From a virus, in IMG/VR virus record IMGVR_UViG_2518645528_000001: a DNA stretch of 36,496 nucleotides. One strand, given 5' to 3'. The translations under genes and the position numbers were made by a program. Below, piece after piece: positions 24,606 through 33,412 of this stretch. The notes beneath the pieces were generated by a model. That model saw only the letters and a list, made by a program, of their open reading frames with translations. It did no database searches and was not told where the DNA came from. Every line of letters begins with the position of its first letter. Positions within the stretch are counted from its first letter, which is position 1.

Positions 24606-26612
24606 TTAACTCACCTTAAACTTTTTCCCTTTGAGCTCACAGATCTCGCCGACATTTTTGAGCCTCTCGATCAGCATTTCGATCTGTTTCTTATCAAAGC
24701 CGAGAGCCTCACACTCAAGAATAATCTCTCCGATCGGGGCCAAACCGCCGGATCTCTCTGATACAGACCTGACGATATTCAAAAACGACTTGATCATGTC
24801 GCGCTGGCTTTTCCCCATTCCGGTATTAATAATATCTGAATCAAGTCTACCTTTTTCATCAACGATCGTCTGATCCAGGCTCGCATCAATCAGCCTGCTT
24901 GCACGAAGGACGTGCTCGGACGTAACAACATCACTTAAAGCAAGCTGCGCCTCTGCCTTTGAAAGCCGGAGTAACGCCTCTGCATACCGCGCAGTCACCG
25001 CGACAGTCTCTCCCGTGCTCCGGCGCCGTGCAGTCAGGTATTTCTTTACGATCTCATCTCTCAGTTCTTCAGGTATCTTCGGCTGAATGGTCTGAGCATA
25101 TGCAATGTATTTTTGCATATCTTCAAGCGGAATAATATTCTTGTATTCTTCCTCAACACCGGTCCAGGCGTCAAAGATCTTAGTGACTATATGCCTGTCT
25201 TTTTCGTCATTGACATCATCCTGCAGCAAAAAGATCAGGTCGAACCGGCTGAGCGTGTCAGGCGGGATATCGATCTGATCAGTGAGCGGCACAAATCTAT
25301 CAAACCGCCCATACTTCGGATTCTGGAACGCCACAACGAAGCACCGGGTCCAGAGCTTCAGATTGAACCCGGCCTTATTGATCTCGAACTGGCAGTTGCT
25401 CAGGGCATCATTCAGGCTGCGAACCTCGGTTTTAAATTTATCGAACTCATCAAGCCCGATCCCGCCGCCGTCCGCAAGCACCAGGGCGCCGGCCTCAACG
25501 CTCAATGATCCGCCTGCAAAATCATCCTTCACGACTGCAGCAGTTAGCCCGGCTTTGCTGCTCCCCGTTCCGCTGCTCATCACCAGGTTCGGCATTACGG
25601 CCTTCAGCGCAAGCTTCAGGTTTGTTTTTGCCATTCCAGGATCAGAGCATATAAGTGTATGAGAATATTCTCTCTGCGGTGTTCCGTCAGGTCTTAGCTT
25701 ATATCCGTTACTCACTGCACTGCAAAGAATCCCTTCTTTCTCTAGTACTAACCCATGTACTGTTGGCGCAAAACTCTGAACAAGCTGATCTATAATATCC
25801 GGACTTGAAGCTTTTTCTCGCATTCGCTGCCCGTCTTCATAAGTCAGCGTCACCGTCTTATGCCCCTCGTTCACACGAATATAGTTAGCATCAATACAGA
25901 GGTCAAGAAAAGGTGTCTTGTTATTCGATTTCACGCGCTGGTAAGCTCTCAAAACCCCAGTAATAGTTACCTTGTTGCCAGGCAGCACAGATCCTGCAAT
26001 ATCATCCGAAATATACACATCTATTGTCTGGCTCTTCTCCCCGCTTCTCAGATCTTCAGTCAGTTCCTGCAGCCGTATAGTCTGAAAGTCTATTTTTTCC
26101 GACCTCTCCTGTACGAATTTAAGTGCGGTTTTGCGCCCGCAGAGGTCATTGCCGCAGGTGTAAGGCTCTACGAACCTGTTATTATCTTGCTGCACAAACG
26201 TGATCTCATCGCATCTTAGACACTGGAATGCTGCGACTGTAGTTTTAGGGATCACGTCTGTTGCCCTCTGCACTATTCCGTCAAGTGCTATAAGCTTGCC
26301 AACATGCTCCTGTCTCAGATCACGGCGCCGTATTTTCTCGCTGCAATCTGATATCCTTATGTTTGCTTTTTTCAGGTCAACGTCGACTGGCAGATCAATT
26401 GTTGATAGGGCCTCGATGGCATGCTCTAAAACCGTATCTGGATTATCAAGAAGCTCATTAGCAACAACATAGTTATATCGGTTCAACGTGGGAAATTGTA
26501 CTATCAGGCTCCTGCTCTCAGGGTAATTATCTGCTAAGGTGAGAACATCATCCCAGTAATATTTCCTGAGAAATTCATCCCAGAAAGCGACAGACGATTT
26601 CACAGAATCCAT
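24606..26612 (-). CDS. mcm: Viral MCM replicative helicase (668 aa)
   Basis: N-terminal CxxC...C zinc finger and OB fold, DPGMAKT Walker A, LDEFDK Walker B, LSRFDL arginine finger, C-terminal winged helix. Confidence 0.95.
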   Translation of the reverse strand: MDSVKSSVAFWDEFLRKYYWDDVLTLADNYPESRSLIVQFPTLNRYNYVVANELLDNPDTVLEHAIEALSTIDLPVDVDLKKANIRISDCSEKIRRRDLRQEHVGKLIALDGIVQRATDVIPKTTVAAFQCLRCDEITFVQQDNNRFVEPYTCGNDLCGRKTALKFVQERSEKIDFQTIRLQELTEDLRSGEKSQTIDVYISDDIAGSVLPGNKVTITGVLRAYQRVKSNNKTPFLDLCIDANYIRVNEGHKTVTLTYEDGQRMREKASSPDIIDQLVQSFAPTVHGLVLEKEGILCSAVSNGYKLRPDGTPQREYSHTLICSDPGMAKTNLKLALKAVMPNLVMSSGTGSSKAGLTAAVVKDDFAGGSLSVEAGALVLADGGGIGLDEFDKFKTEVRSLNDALSNCQFEINKAGFNLKLWTRCFVVAFQNPKYGRFDRFVPLTDQIDIPPDTLSRFDLIFLLQDDVNDEKDRHIVTKIFDAWTGVEEEYKNIIPLEDMQKYIAYAQTIQPKIPEELRDEIVKKYLTARRRSTGETVAVTARYAEALLRLSKAEAQLALSDVVTSEHVLRASRLIDASLDQTIVDEKGRLDSDIINTGMGKSQRDMIKSFLNIVRSVSERSGGLAPIGEIILECEALGFDKKQIEMLIERLKNVGEICELKGKKFKVS

Positions 26613-26764
26613 TATCTACCCTCACGTTTTTTTGAATGCTGTAAAATGTTGCACCTTTCTGAAAAAGTGCATTCGTCTTCAAAACAAACAGAATTGACGC
26701 TTAGATATTTATTCAAATCTGCGCAATAAAATCCGATAGTATGATGATTCTTTTCACCAGTCAT
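26612..26764 (-). CDS. Small Cys-containing hypothetical protein (about 50 aa)
   Basis: TAATG coupling to HNH stop; stop overlaps MCM start. Confidence 0.45.
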   Translation of the reverse strand: MTGEKNHHTIGFYCADLNKYLSVNSVCFEDECTFSERCNILQHSKKREGR

Positions 26765-27318
26765 TATTTGATCTCCGTAGCAAGTTTTTTTTGATGAGGG
26801 CAATAGCCATGAAACCCAAGCACAGTGTTACAATTATAACAAAGAACCCTGTACCCATCGGGATAATTGTTCGTTTTTAACCACCGATAAAAAGGAAATC
26901 CCGGCTGCAATTTTAATGATTTTCGATGTTGATTGCCACCACCATTTATATGATCAATGGTTAAAAACTCAATATCCTCTATGCCGCAGCAATCACATTT
27001 TGCCGTTCCATGGGAGTAATAACTTAATACTTCTATTTTTAGGTTTAATCTTTGTATCCTAATACCTGCTATTTTTTTTATCCTTTGATCTGCGGTGAGA
27101 GGCCCCTTTGGTTTTCTATAAGGGTATTTTACATGATATCGGCAGAGCACCCACGCACGATAACACTCTTTACATTTAGATCTATAATGGTTTTTATCTT
27201 TCTTATAAAACTCAGAAATATTTTTCTCTTGCTTACATTGTGAACAAACTTTTTTAGCCCACAGAGTCTTTCCTTTTTTATTTTTATTCCACGGAGTATT
27301 TCCTTTTTTAAATACCAT
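26764..27318 (-). CDS. Free-standing HNH endonuclease with NUMOD3-like and zinc-finger N-terminus (184 aa; start moved to ATG 27318)
   Basis: FKKGNTPWNK; CSQC...CKEC; CDCCG...LTIDHING...LCYNCN; markedly AT-rich. Confidence 0.8.
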   Translation of the reverse strand: MVFKKGNTPWNKNKKGKTLWAKKVCSQCKQEKNISEFYKKDKNHYRSKCKECYRAWVLCRYHVKYPYRKPKGPLTADQRIKKIAGIRIQRLNLKIEVLSYYSHGTAKCDCCGIEDIEFLTIDHINGGGNQHRKSLKLQPGFPFYRWLKTNNYPDGYRVLCYNCNTVLGFHGYCPHQKKLATEIK

Positions 27319-27438
27319 ATTGGCACCTTCTGAACAGTAAGTATTATACCCCATATCGTATATATAAGTTATTGAGGTTGGAATAAGTGCACCTTCTGAA
27401 CAATTGTGCTCTTTTAATCCAACCTCGAATCTATTCAT

Positions 27439-27675
27439 TTAAGTTGCTCCTGTCGCTTTTCTAACACCCGCTGCCATTCTTATTCTCACACCTGCACTGC
27501 TCATGATACCCAGTCCCCCACAGTCAGCACAGTTCTTACAACCCATCTGCAGATTGTGATATCCAGATAGATTAGCTGATACCCTCTCGCGGTCAGGCTC
27601 AGTCGCAGATAATATCTTCCGAACTCGATCGGCATTATGTACCTTCCTGCTCCGGCTTAACCCAGTCCGGCTCAA
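27439..27675 (-). CDS. Hypothetical protein with CxxCxxC (78 aa)
   Basis: ORF in early cluster; GCKNCADCGG motif. Confidence 0.45.
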   Translation of the reverse strand: MSRTGLSRSRKVHNADRVRKILSATEPDRERVSANLSGYHNLQMGCKNCADCGGLGIMSSAGVRIRMAAGVRKATGAT

Positions 27676-28150
27676 ATGTAATTATGTCCCATTCGAGCTC
27701 TTTCCACGCAGGCCCCCACGACTTAGAAAACCACGTATCGGCCTCTTCAAAGCTGTTGAAGCCGTCAGCAACGGCCCAATCATTCAGCGCACCATCCGAC
27801 CATTTCCACATCAACGGTTCGTAATTAGCTATCTCATATTCAGGAATGTTATCGCTATGTCGCGCCTTGATGATAGAAGTAATTTCAGCCTTACCAAAGA
27901 AATGGGTGTAACTCGCACAACCACCGCCAGCCACATCATATAGATACGGATGCTCTTCTAAAAACAAGCATTTCTTACCATGCGGAACCAAGCAGTTACT
28001 ACAGCTTTTCTTTTGCCTCGGTTTGTAGTAACAGTATAAAATATCTTCTACTTTTAGCGGCGTTTTCCTGGGCAGCCTAGTCGTCTGTCTCTTCCTGCCG
28101 TCAAGTATTAGCGGAACTTGAAAATCAATAGAAAAAGGCATCAGCGGCAT
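27635..28150 (-). CDS. ASCH/PUA-like domain protein with Cys-rich insert (start moved to ATG 28150)
   Basis: ILDGRKRQTTR...FGKAEITSI...AVADGF...F pattern. Confidence 0.75.
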   Translation of the reverse strand: MPLMPFSIDFQVPLILDGRKRQTTRLPRKTPLKVEDILYCYYKPRQKKSCSNCLVPHGKKCLFLEEHPYLYDVAGGGCASYTHFFGKAEITSIIKARHSDNIPEYEIANYEPLMWKWSDGALNDWAVADGFNSFEEADTWFSKSWGPAWKELEWDIITFEPDWVKPEQEGT

Positions 28151-28293
28151 TATATCCCTCTCGCGACGATCGGACATCTGAATATTTTCTCTCGCCTATC
28201 TAGGCGCTCTTTGATCTCGCTGCAATACCGCAGCAGCTCGCAATCGCATGTTGCAAGCGTTGTCCTGCGCCGCCCATGTGCTTTGCTGCTCAT
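28150..28293 (-). CDS. 47-aa Cys-containing peptide (not in ORF track)
   Basis: ATGA/TAATG coupling both sides; CDC...YC...CP. Confidence 0.45.
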   Translation of the reverse strand: MSSKAHGRRRTTLATCDCELLRYCSEIKERLDRREKIFRCPIVARGI

Positions 28294-28442
28294 GCGCTCA
28301 CCGCCCCTTTCATTTTTCGTACTGCTTTTATATCTCCTTCACAGCACCGTGAGCAGAAATGCAGTTCCAGAGAAGGCTTAGTCCCGCCCCGTATCTCTCT
28401 GCCGCACAGCTCGCATTTGAGTACCTTACACTTGCGCCCCAT
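28290..28442 (-). CDS. 50-aa zinc-finger peptide (not in ORF track)
   Basis: CELCG...FCSRCC; coupled overlaps. Confidence 0.55.
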   Translation of the reverse strand: MGRKCKVLKCELCGREIRGGTKPSLELHFCSRCCEGDIKAVRKMKGAVSA

Positions 28443-28636
28443 TATATCTCTCCGCATATCATCCAATCATCTTCCTGATCTTTCGGCACTACTACGCGCA
28501 CGAACCTGCATTCTCCTGCCTTACACGGCTCGCATTCTTTCGCATCAACAGGCTCTACCTGTCCTGATGGCCAGTGCTCGCACGCAGCGCAGGCATGGCC
28601 ATGGCCGAAGTGATCGATATTGCCACAGCGTGACAT
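28442..28636 (-). CDS. Cys-rich peptide (64 aa)
   Basis: Multiple C/H ligands; coupled overlaps. Confidence 0.5.
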   Translation of the reverse strand: MSRCGNIDHFGHGHACAACEHWPSGQVEPVDAKECEPCKAGECRFVRVVVPKDQEDDWMICGEI

Positions 28637-28782
28637 TAATCCTCTTCAATCCACTGCGCATGAAGATTACCAATCAGGCATCCACAGTTAAGCTGATATC
28701 CATCTTGAATCTCTACTTTGCACCCAAGACCACAATTCTCAACGGTTTTCGAATGAAGCGTACCCACACATATGTATTTCAT
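28636..28782 (-). CDS. 48-aa Cys-rich peptide (not in ORF track)
   Basis: MKYICVGTLHSKTVENCGLGCKVEIQDGYQLNCGCLIGNLHAQWIEED*; ATGA and TAATG overlaps. Confidence 0.5.
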   Translation of the reverse strand: MKYICVGTLHSKTVENCGLGCKVEIQDGYQLNCGCLIGNLHAQWIEED

Positions 28783-29477
28783 CTTACCCCCCCCTCTGCT
28801 TTTTCAGCCCGCCACTTATCCTGCTTTTCCCTTGCTATCTCTCGAAGCCGTTCTATGCGTGCTGATTTTTCAGTATTCTCTGTCTTCTCTTGATCCTCTG
28901 CAGGATCTGAATCTACATTTCCCAGCTTCGACAGATCGATTTCATTCAGACATGTCCGGATTATTGTGCGCTTGTTGCTTGAAAGACTACCTGTTGCGAT
29001 ATTGAAATCTTTTTTGCTTTTGAGCTGCAGCACTTTCAGCCGCTTCAAGCTTTCCATGTCTACCCACATGGCAACGTCGTACCCCTCTTTTGCAATGCGA
29101 AGCGATCTACCTGACTGGTGTACAGTCGTCTTTCCGAATCGCTTTTCAGGAACGCTTTGCCAATAAAAATGCGCGCATTCCTGGAAGCTGAACTGTGTTG
29201 TATCGCATGATACAATATTCGATACCTTATTCGTCACATCGTTTGATACATCATGCACACGATCGGTAATCAGATGCTTTGCTCTCCCTTCTTGCATGAC
29301 CGACTCAGGCAGAGGCACAGGTTCATGCGCTTTCTCGCAGCTTGCGTTCAGCATGAAGATCTCTCTTACTTTCTCGATCATATTCGTGCCTGTGCTGATC
29401 GCGTAGCTCTTGCCGCCGTCTTCTTCTACTAGAAAGCCTTCATCAAGCTGTTCTATCGAAACTGATATGTGGCTCAT
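28779..29477 (-). CDS. Hypothetical protein (about 232 aa)
   Basis: Long ORF with AGGAG SD before ATG 29477; no motif recognised. Confidence 0.65.
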   Translation of the reverse strand: MSHISVSIEQLDEGFLVEEDGGKSYAISTGTNMIEKVREIFMLNASCEKAHEPVPLPESVMQEGRAKHLITDRVHDVSNDVTNKVSNIVSCDTTQFSFQECAHFYWQSVPEKRFGKTTVHQSGRSLRIAKEGYDVAMWVDMESLKRLKVLQLKSKKDFNIATGSLSSNKRTIIRTCLNEIDLSKLGNVDSDPAEDQEKTENTEKSARIERLREIAREKQDKWRAEKAEGGVR

Positions 29478-29651
29478 GCTATCCCTCCTTAGCAACAGAG
29501 TAAGGAGCATCTGGCGCCGCTATGATCACGCCCTCGATCTTGAGTACCGGCCTGTCGCATTCCTGGAAGCTGTCGCACTCACTTACCTCAAGCGCAACAT
29601 TCTCATAATTGCCGAGATTGACAGTTACACGCTTTGAGAATTTAGGAGGTA

Positions 29652-31160
29652 TTAGATCGCCTCCTTCGCAGCAGTCTCTGGATAATACTCAGCTTCTATA
29701 TCCCTGATCTCCATTTCGCTCTCAGGTGCAGCTAATGCAAGCCTTGCCGTGTTCTCAAGCTCTATGATCTGTGCCCTCATCGCCCCTTGATATTTCGATA
29801 CCTCAACAGTAGTCTGCAGGAGCTGCTGCGCTGTGCCGTCAAATTCTACATTCACCACATAGATCGTCTGTGTAGTGGGGCTGTCCTTTGGCTGCACCGT
29901 CATAGGCGATACTGTCAGCTTCAAAGGGATCATCGCCAGCACTCCGCCTGTAAGTGACCGCAGGAAGAACAGCGAAGATAGTATAGACTTGATCGAATTG
30001 TACGAAGTCGTACGGAACTTATACACCCCACCGAGCCGGGGCGATTGCGTGAGGATTGCACTCAGAATGCCATTTGGCTTGCATTTTTTCTGCTGGAAAT
30101 CCTGGCACGCGTCAGGATTGCACTCTATCGTATCGCCATCGATGTTTTTAGCCTGCTGGCCGTCCCCCTGGCATAAGCACTTGCCACCCCGGTAATAGTT
30201 GTACCTTGTCACGAAGTTCAGCGTCGGGTCATTGTACAGCAGCATTATGTCGAGAGACTTCGGATTTTCACCAAGCGCCTGCATTATTTGATCAGGTATG
30301 AAATCCCCTTTTTCGTCCCGTAGAACTGACACCACCTCGAAGTGGTCAAACTTCTCCGGCAGCCTAAATTGCTTTCCGCCAGACGATTCTTTCATTGCGC
30401 CCTTGCGCCCTATCTTGATCTTCCCGATCTCCTTGAGCTGCGGGATGAAGCCTTTGATCATGCTGCCCTGTGGCGTATATGTCCTAACTGGCAAGCGTGC
30501 ATCTGGCTTGAACGGGTTGGTTGTAGTCGGCAGTTGATTTTTGAATACTCTTGGTGCTATCTCTGTAGCCTGCTTCTTCACGAAAGGCTCGGCGCCTTCT
30601 GGCCTCTCATGCGGCATCGGGTATGTTTCTACTCCCGGTTTTGGTTTCTCAGGTTCTGCGGCCGTGGCTTCATGCCCCTTAGCCGCCTTATCTTCTGCTT
30701 TTTTCTCTTCAGTATGTTTCTCTTCATGTTGCTCCTGAGGCGCTGGCTGCGTCTCCTTCTTTCCGTTTTTGCCAGCGCCGTTCTTGCTTTTCAAGAGGGC
30801 TTCTATCTCTTGCTTCAATCCCTCTAACTCAGTTATACCGTGCCCTTCTGTGACTCTTTCGCCGTCAGGTCTCAGTATCCCAATCTCAAAAGACACCGGG
30901 AGCCTGGTGATATCCACGAACCGCTTATGTGGAAAATTGCCTTTCGTGTACAGGTTCTGATTACCGCCGTGCTGCTCATACCCTTCTTGTTCAAGCTTTC
31001 GCCGGACCTTGACCTTCACAGGCACAAGCTGCTCTGCGCTTTTCGCCATCTCCTCACCCGCATGTTTCGGGCAGAACGGATTTCCAAGTAGCTTGATCGT
31101 ACTCTCTGCCTGGCTCTGCGATATTGCGCCGCAGCCATCAACATTACAGTAGAATACCAT
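29652..31160 (-). CDS. Gp3-like / recombination-directionality-factor-like protein (putative single-strand annealing) with N-terminal zinc finger and low-complexity linker (502 aa)
   Basis: C-terminal IGKIKIG...PEKFDHF...CQGDG...CNPDAC...CKPNGIL...GGVYKFRTTSYNS; N-terminal CNVDGC...CPKH. Confidence 0.65.
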   Translation of the reverse strand: MVFYCNVDGCGAISQSQAESTIKLLGNPFCPKHAGEEMAKSAEQLVPVKVKVRRKLEQEGYEQHGGNQNLYTKGNFPHKRFVDITRLPVSFEIGILRPDGERVTEGHGITELEGLKQEIEALLKSKNGAGKNGKKETQPAPQEQHEEKHTEEKKAEDKAAKGHEATAAEPEKPKPGVETYPMPHERPEGAEPFVKKQATEIAPRVFKNQLPTTTNPFKPDARLPVRTYTPQGSMIKGFIPQLKEIGKIKIGRKGAMKESSGGKQFRLPEKFDHFEVVSVLRDEKGDFIPDQIMQALGENPKSLDIMLLYNDPTLNFVTRYNYYRGGKCLCQGDGQQAKNIDGDTIECNPDACQDFQQKKCKPNGILSAILTQSPRLGGVYKFRTTSYNSIKSILSSLFFLRSLTGGVLAMIPLKLTVSPMTVQPKDSPTTQTIYVVNVEFDGTAQQLLQTTVEVSKYQGAMRAQIIELENTARLALAAPESEMEIRDIEAEYYPETAAKEAI

Positions 31161-31741
31161 TATTTCCCTCCTGCAATCTGCGCTATACTCTGATATGCCC
31201 TGAAAAGATTGTTCAGATATTCAAGCTCTATCTGCTCAACCCGCAGCTCTCGCTCTTTCAAGCCCAGTCCGTTCAGCTTAAGCAGATAGTCCTCATTATC
31301 TCGCAGTCCCTGCTCTGTTGCCAACTTCCTTGTTTGCTCATTCGTGAATTTCGGCTTTCCGTTCTCTGTTGCGCTAAGAACAAGCTCAAGCGCATCGTTC
31401 CTGATATCCGCTATCTGCAATCTCAGTACTTCGATATCGTTATAAATGCCAGCAACAGCTTCGCTCTGCTCTTGGATCTCTTTAGGCAGTTCAAGTAGCT
31501 TGATCACCGCCGCACTTGCATTCTCTGTTTTGCCCTCATCAAACGCAGCCCTGACGAGACGCTGCACCTGCTCAGGGCGATATAGATTTGCAAGAGATTC
31601 ACCATCCTTAAGAGCTTCATCGATCTGTTGAATCAATTTAGAATAGTATCCCTTGTGAAAGGTATCCTCGTCTGCGATATCGGCAAGCTCTGTAATTTCT
31701 TTTCTTGCAGCCTCCAGCGCCGCCCTCATTTGGTCGCTCAT
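31160..31741 (-). CDS. Coiled-coil hypothetical protein (193 aa)
   Basis: Helical heptad composition; TAATG coupling. Confidence 0.65.
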   Translation of the reverse strand: MSDQMRAALEAARKEITELADIADEDTFHKGYYSKLIQQIDEALKDGESLANLYRPEQVQRLVRAAFDEGKTENASAAVIKLLELPKEIQEQSEAVAGIYNDIEVLRLQIADIRNDALELVLSATENGKPKFTNEQTRKLATEQGLRDNEDYLLKLNGLGLKERELRVEQIELEYLNNLFRAYQSIAQIAGGK

Positions 31742-31910
31742 ACCTATGCCCTCTGCTCTATCGCTCTTGTTTTCAGAACAGGTCTGATAGCTGCTGAGAT
31801 TGCCCAGATGGGGCAGCCTTGCTTAGCTGTATCATCACCGTTGCACTGTATCGGGGAATGCTCATATTGTACACCATAGCAGCAAAGTGCAGCTACAGAA
31901 AAATTGCAGT

Positions 31911-32210
31911 TCATGCTTCCACCTCAGCGCACATCACAGTAAGCCCATGCTGTCGTGCCAGGTCTGAAAACACAGGCTGCTTGATCTGCGGTATTTTATA
32001 TATCATCCCGCGCTCTGGATCAACCCGCACCTGTTCCGCTGTTGGGATTTCGTCAAGCACTTCAGGATAGAAATCATAGATATCCTGCAATCTGCCATAT
32101 ACCGAAACTTCTATATTCTTTCTCGATGCATTATTCATGGGTACAGCCCCTGCTCTTCTAATCAGATGCTGTGCCCTTACATTTTCGTTCAATCTCATTC
32201 TCATTCTCAT
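31911..32210 (-). CDS. Hypothetical protein (99 aa)
   Basis: GGTGA SD upstream; clean ORF. Confidence 0.6.
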   Translation of the reverse strand: MRMRMRLNENVRAQHLIRRAGAVPMNNASRKNIEVSVYGRLQDIYDFYPEVLDEIPTAEQVRVDPERGMIYKIPQIKQPVFSDLARQHGLTVMCAEVEA

Positions 32211-32261
32211 TCAATTCACCTTCTTGTTGCATTCTCCCGTTTAGAAGGGGAGAACTCCCTG

Positions 32262-32897
32262 CTATGGCAGGGAGCCGCATAGCGTAGGGTCACCATTACG
32301 TGTCACTGCTATACTTTCATGAAGCTCCGAAGAGCCATGACTGTTAATAATTTTCTCAACTGCTGTGCATATCGCCAGTGACAGACCGTAAGGAACATGT
32401 GCCCTTTCTGCAACACTATCTTTGCTCAGCCCCCATGTCGCCTTAATGAATGATACTGGCTTATCATTTGCAGGAACAGGAGATATAAACTCAGGGAACA
32501 CACCCCAGAGATCAGTCGGTTTCTTGGAGAAATAACCATAATCAGAATAATTGACCGTAATCACAGGTTTTCCTATAAAGTGCCTCAGGCAGCCCTTTGG
32601 ATTTTCAATTAACCAGAATTCCGGCTTCGCTTCACTCACTATCCGAAAGCAAGCCTGAACGATACTCAAATCAGGGGTTCTGTATTTACAAGCACCCAGT
32701 CGGTAGTTTGCTATACTGAATTCAGTGCATGGCGGGCTGAACCACATGAAATCGTAATGCTTCTCAGGATGAAATTCCCGAATATCGCAAACATAAGTAT
32801 GCTCACCTTCGATATCAAGAGTCTCAACAGTGTTGCCTCTGTCAGCGAATGCCTTTGTCGCCGATCCCGTGCCTGCGCAGCCGTCAAAAACTAACAT
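32262..32897 (-). CDS. Minimal C5-cytosine DNA methyltransferase (211 aa)
   Basis: Motif I-like FDGCAGTG, catalytic SPPC, motif VI ENP, KKPTDLW; no extended target-recognition domain. Confidence 0.85.
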   Translation of the reverse strand: MLVFDGCAGTGSATKAFADRGNTVETLDIEGEHTYVCDIREFHPEKHYDFMWFSPPCTEFSIANYRLGACKYRTPDLSIVQACFRIVSEAKPEFWLIENPKGCLRHFIGKPVITVNYSDYGYFSKKPTDLWGVFPEFISPVPANDKPVSFIKATWGLSKDSVAERAHVPYGLSLAICTAVEKIINSHGSSELHESIAVTRNGDPTLCGSLP

Positions 32898-32959
32898 GCT
32901 GCACCTCTTATTGCTGAACGACCAGGAAATAGCGCAGACCTGCGCAATAAATAATCATG

Positions 32960-33412
32960 ATAATCAGGAGTGGCATGGGGAAAAATTATAAAAGCCATGC
33001 CTTGTGGCCTATCCTGAAAGGCCGTGATAGCACTACTCAATAATACACTAGCCTGGGACGCCCTGACTTCAAGGGCGGTGCTATCTGCTAATAGATCATC
33101 GTGAAAAGTAAGGGAGAAGGCGGGATTGAGGTGGTGGTGTAAAATTAAACCCGCCTTCTCCATAGGGGGTGAGCCGTGGTGCTCAAGAGAGTGTTGGGTA
33201 GAAAAAGAGCTCACCACGGCCTCCTGCTCAGGAACTGTGGGAAACCTGGCAGGAAATGACCCGGCGGACTCGCACCGTCTGAACTGCTTTCAGTCAGGTC
33301 AGAATTTGCGAAAGCCGGGTGGGGATTAGGGGTTAGTCGATCTTGAAAAAAGCCAGCTTTCGCAACGGACTCTAGCGGAATCGAACCGCTATGATGTGCA
33401 CCAGCCGAGCCT
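32960..33412 (-). ncRNA. Highly structured non-coding region with two tRNA-like elements and several long hairpins
   Basis: Inverted repeats 33113-33124/33150-33161 (12 bp), 33173-33181/33212-33220 (9 bp), 33306-33315/33356-33365 (10 bp); T-arm-like stems at 33374-33390 and 33263-33279; TATA-like box 33432-33439. Confidence 0.5.

Noticed and set aside
30974-30991. Partial match (about 14/18) of the same spacer in the Gp3-like gene
   Set aside because: Two mismatches at the PAM-proximal end, no TTR PAM; chance-level.
33367-33411. Possible bona fide tRNA gene or att-site tRNA fragment
   Set aside because: Only about 45 nt, no D-arm or anticodon arm of normal size, and far from the integrase end; kept only as a tRNA-like element.
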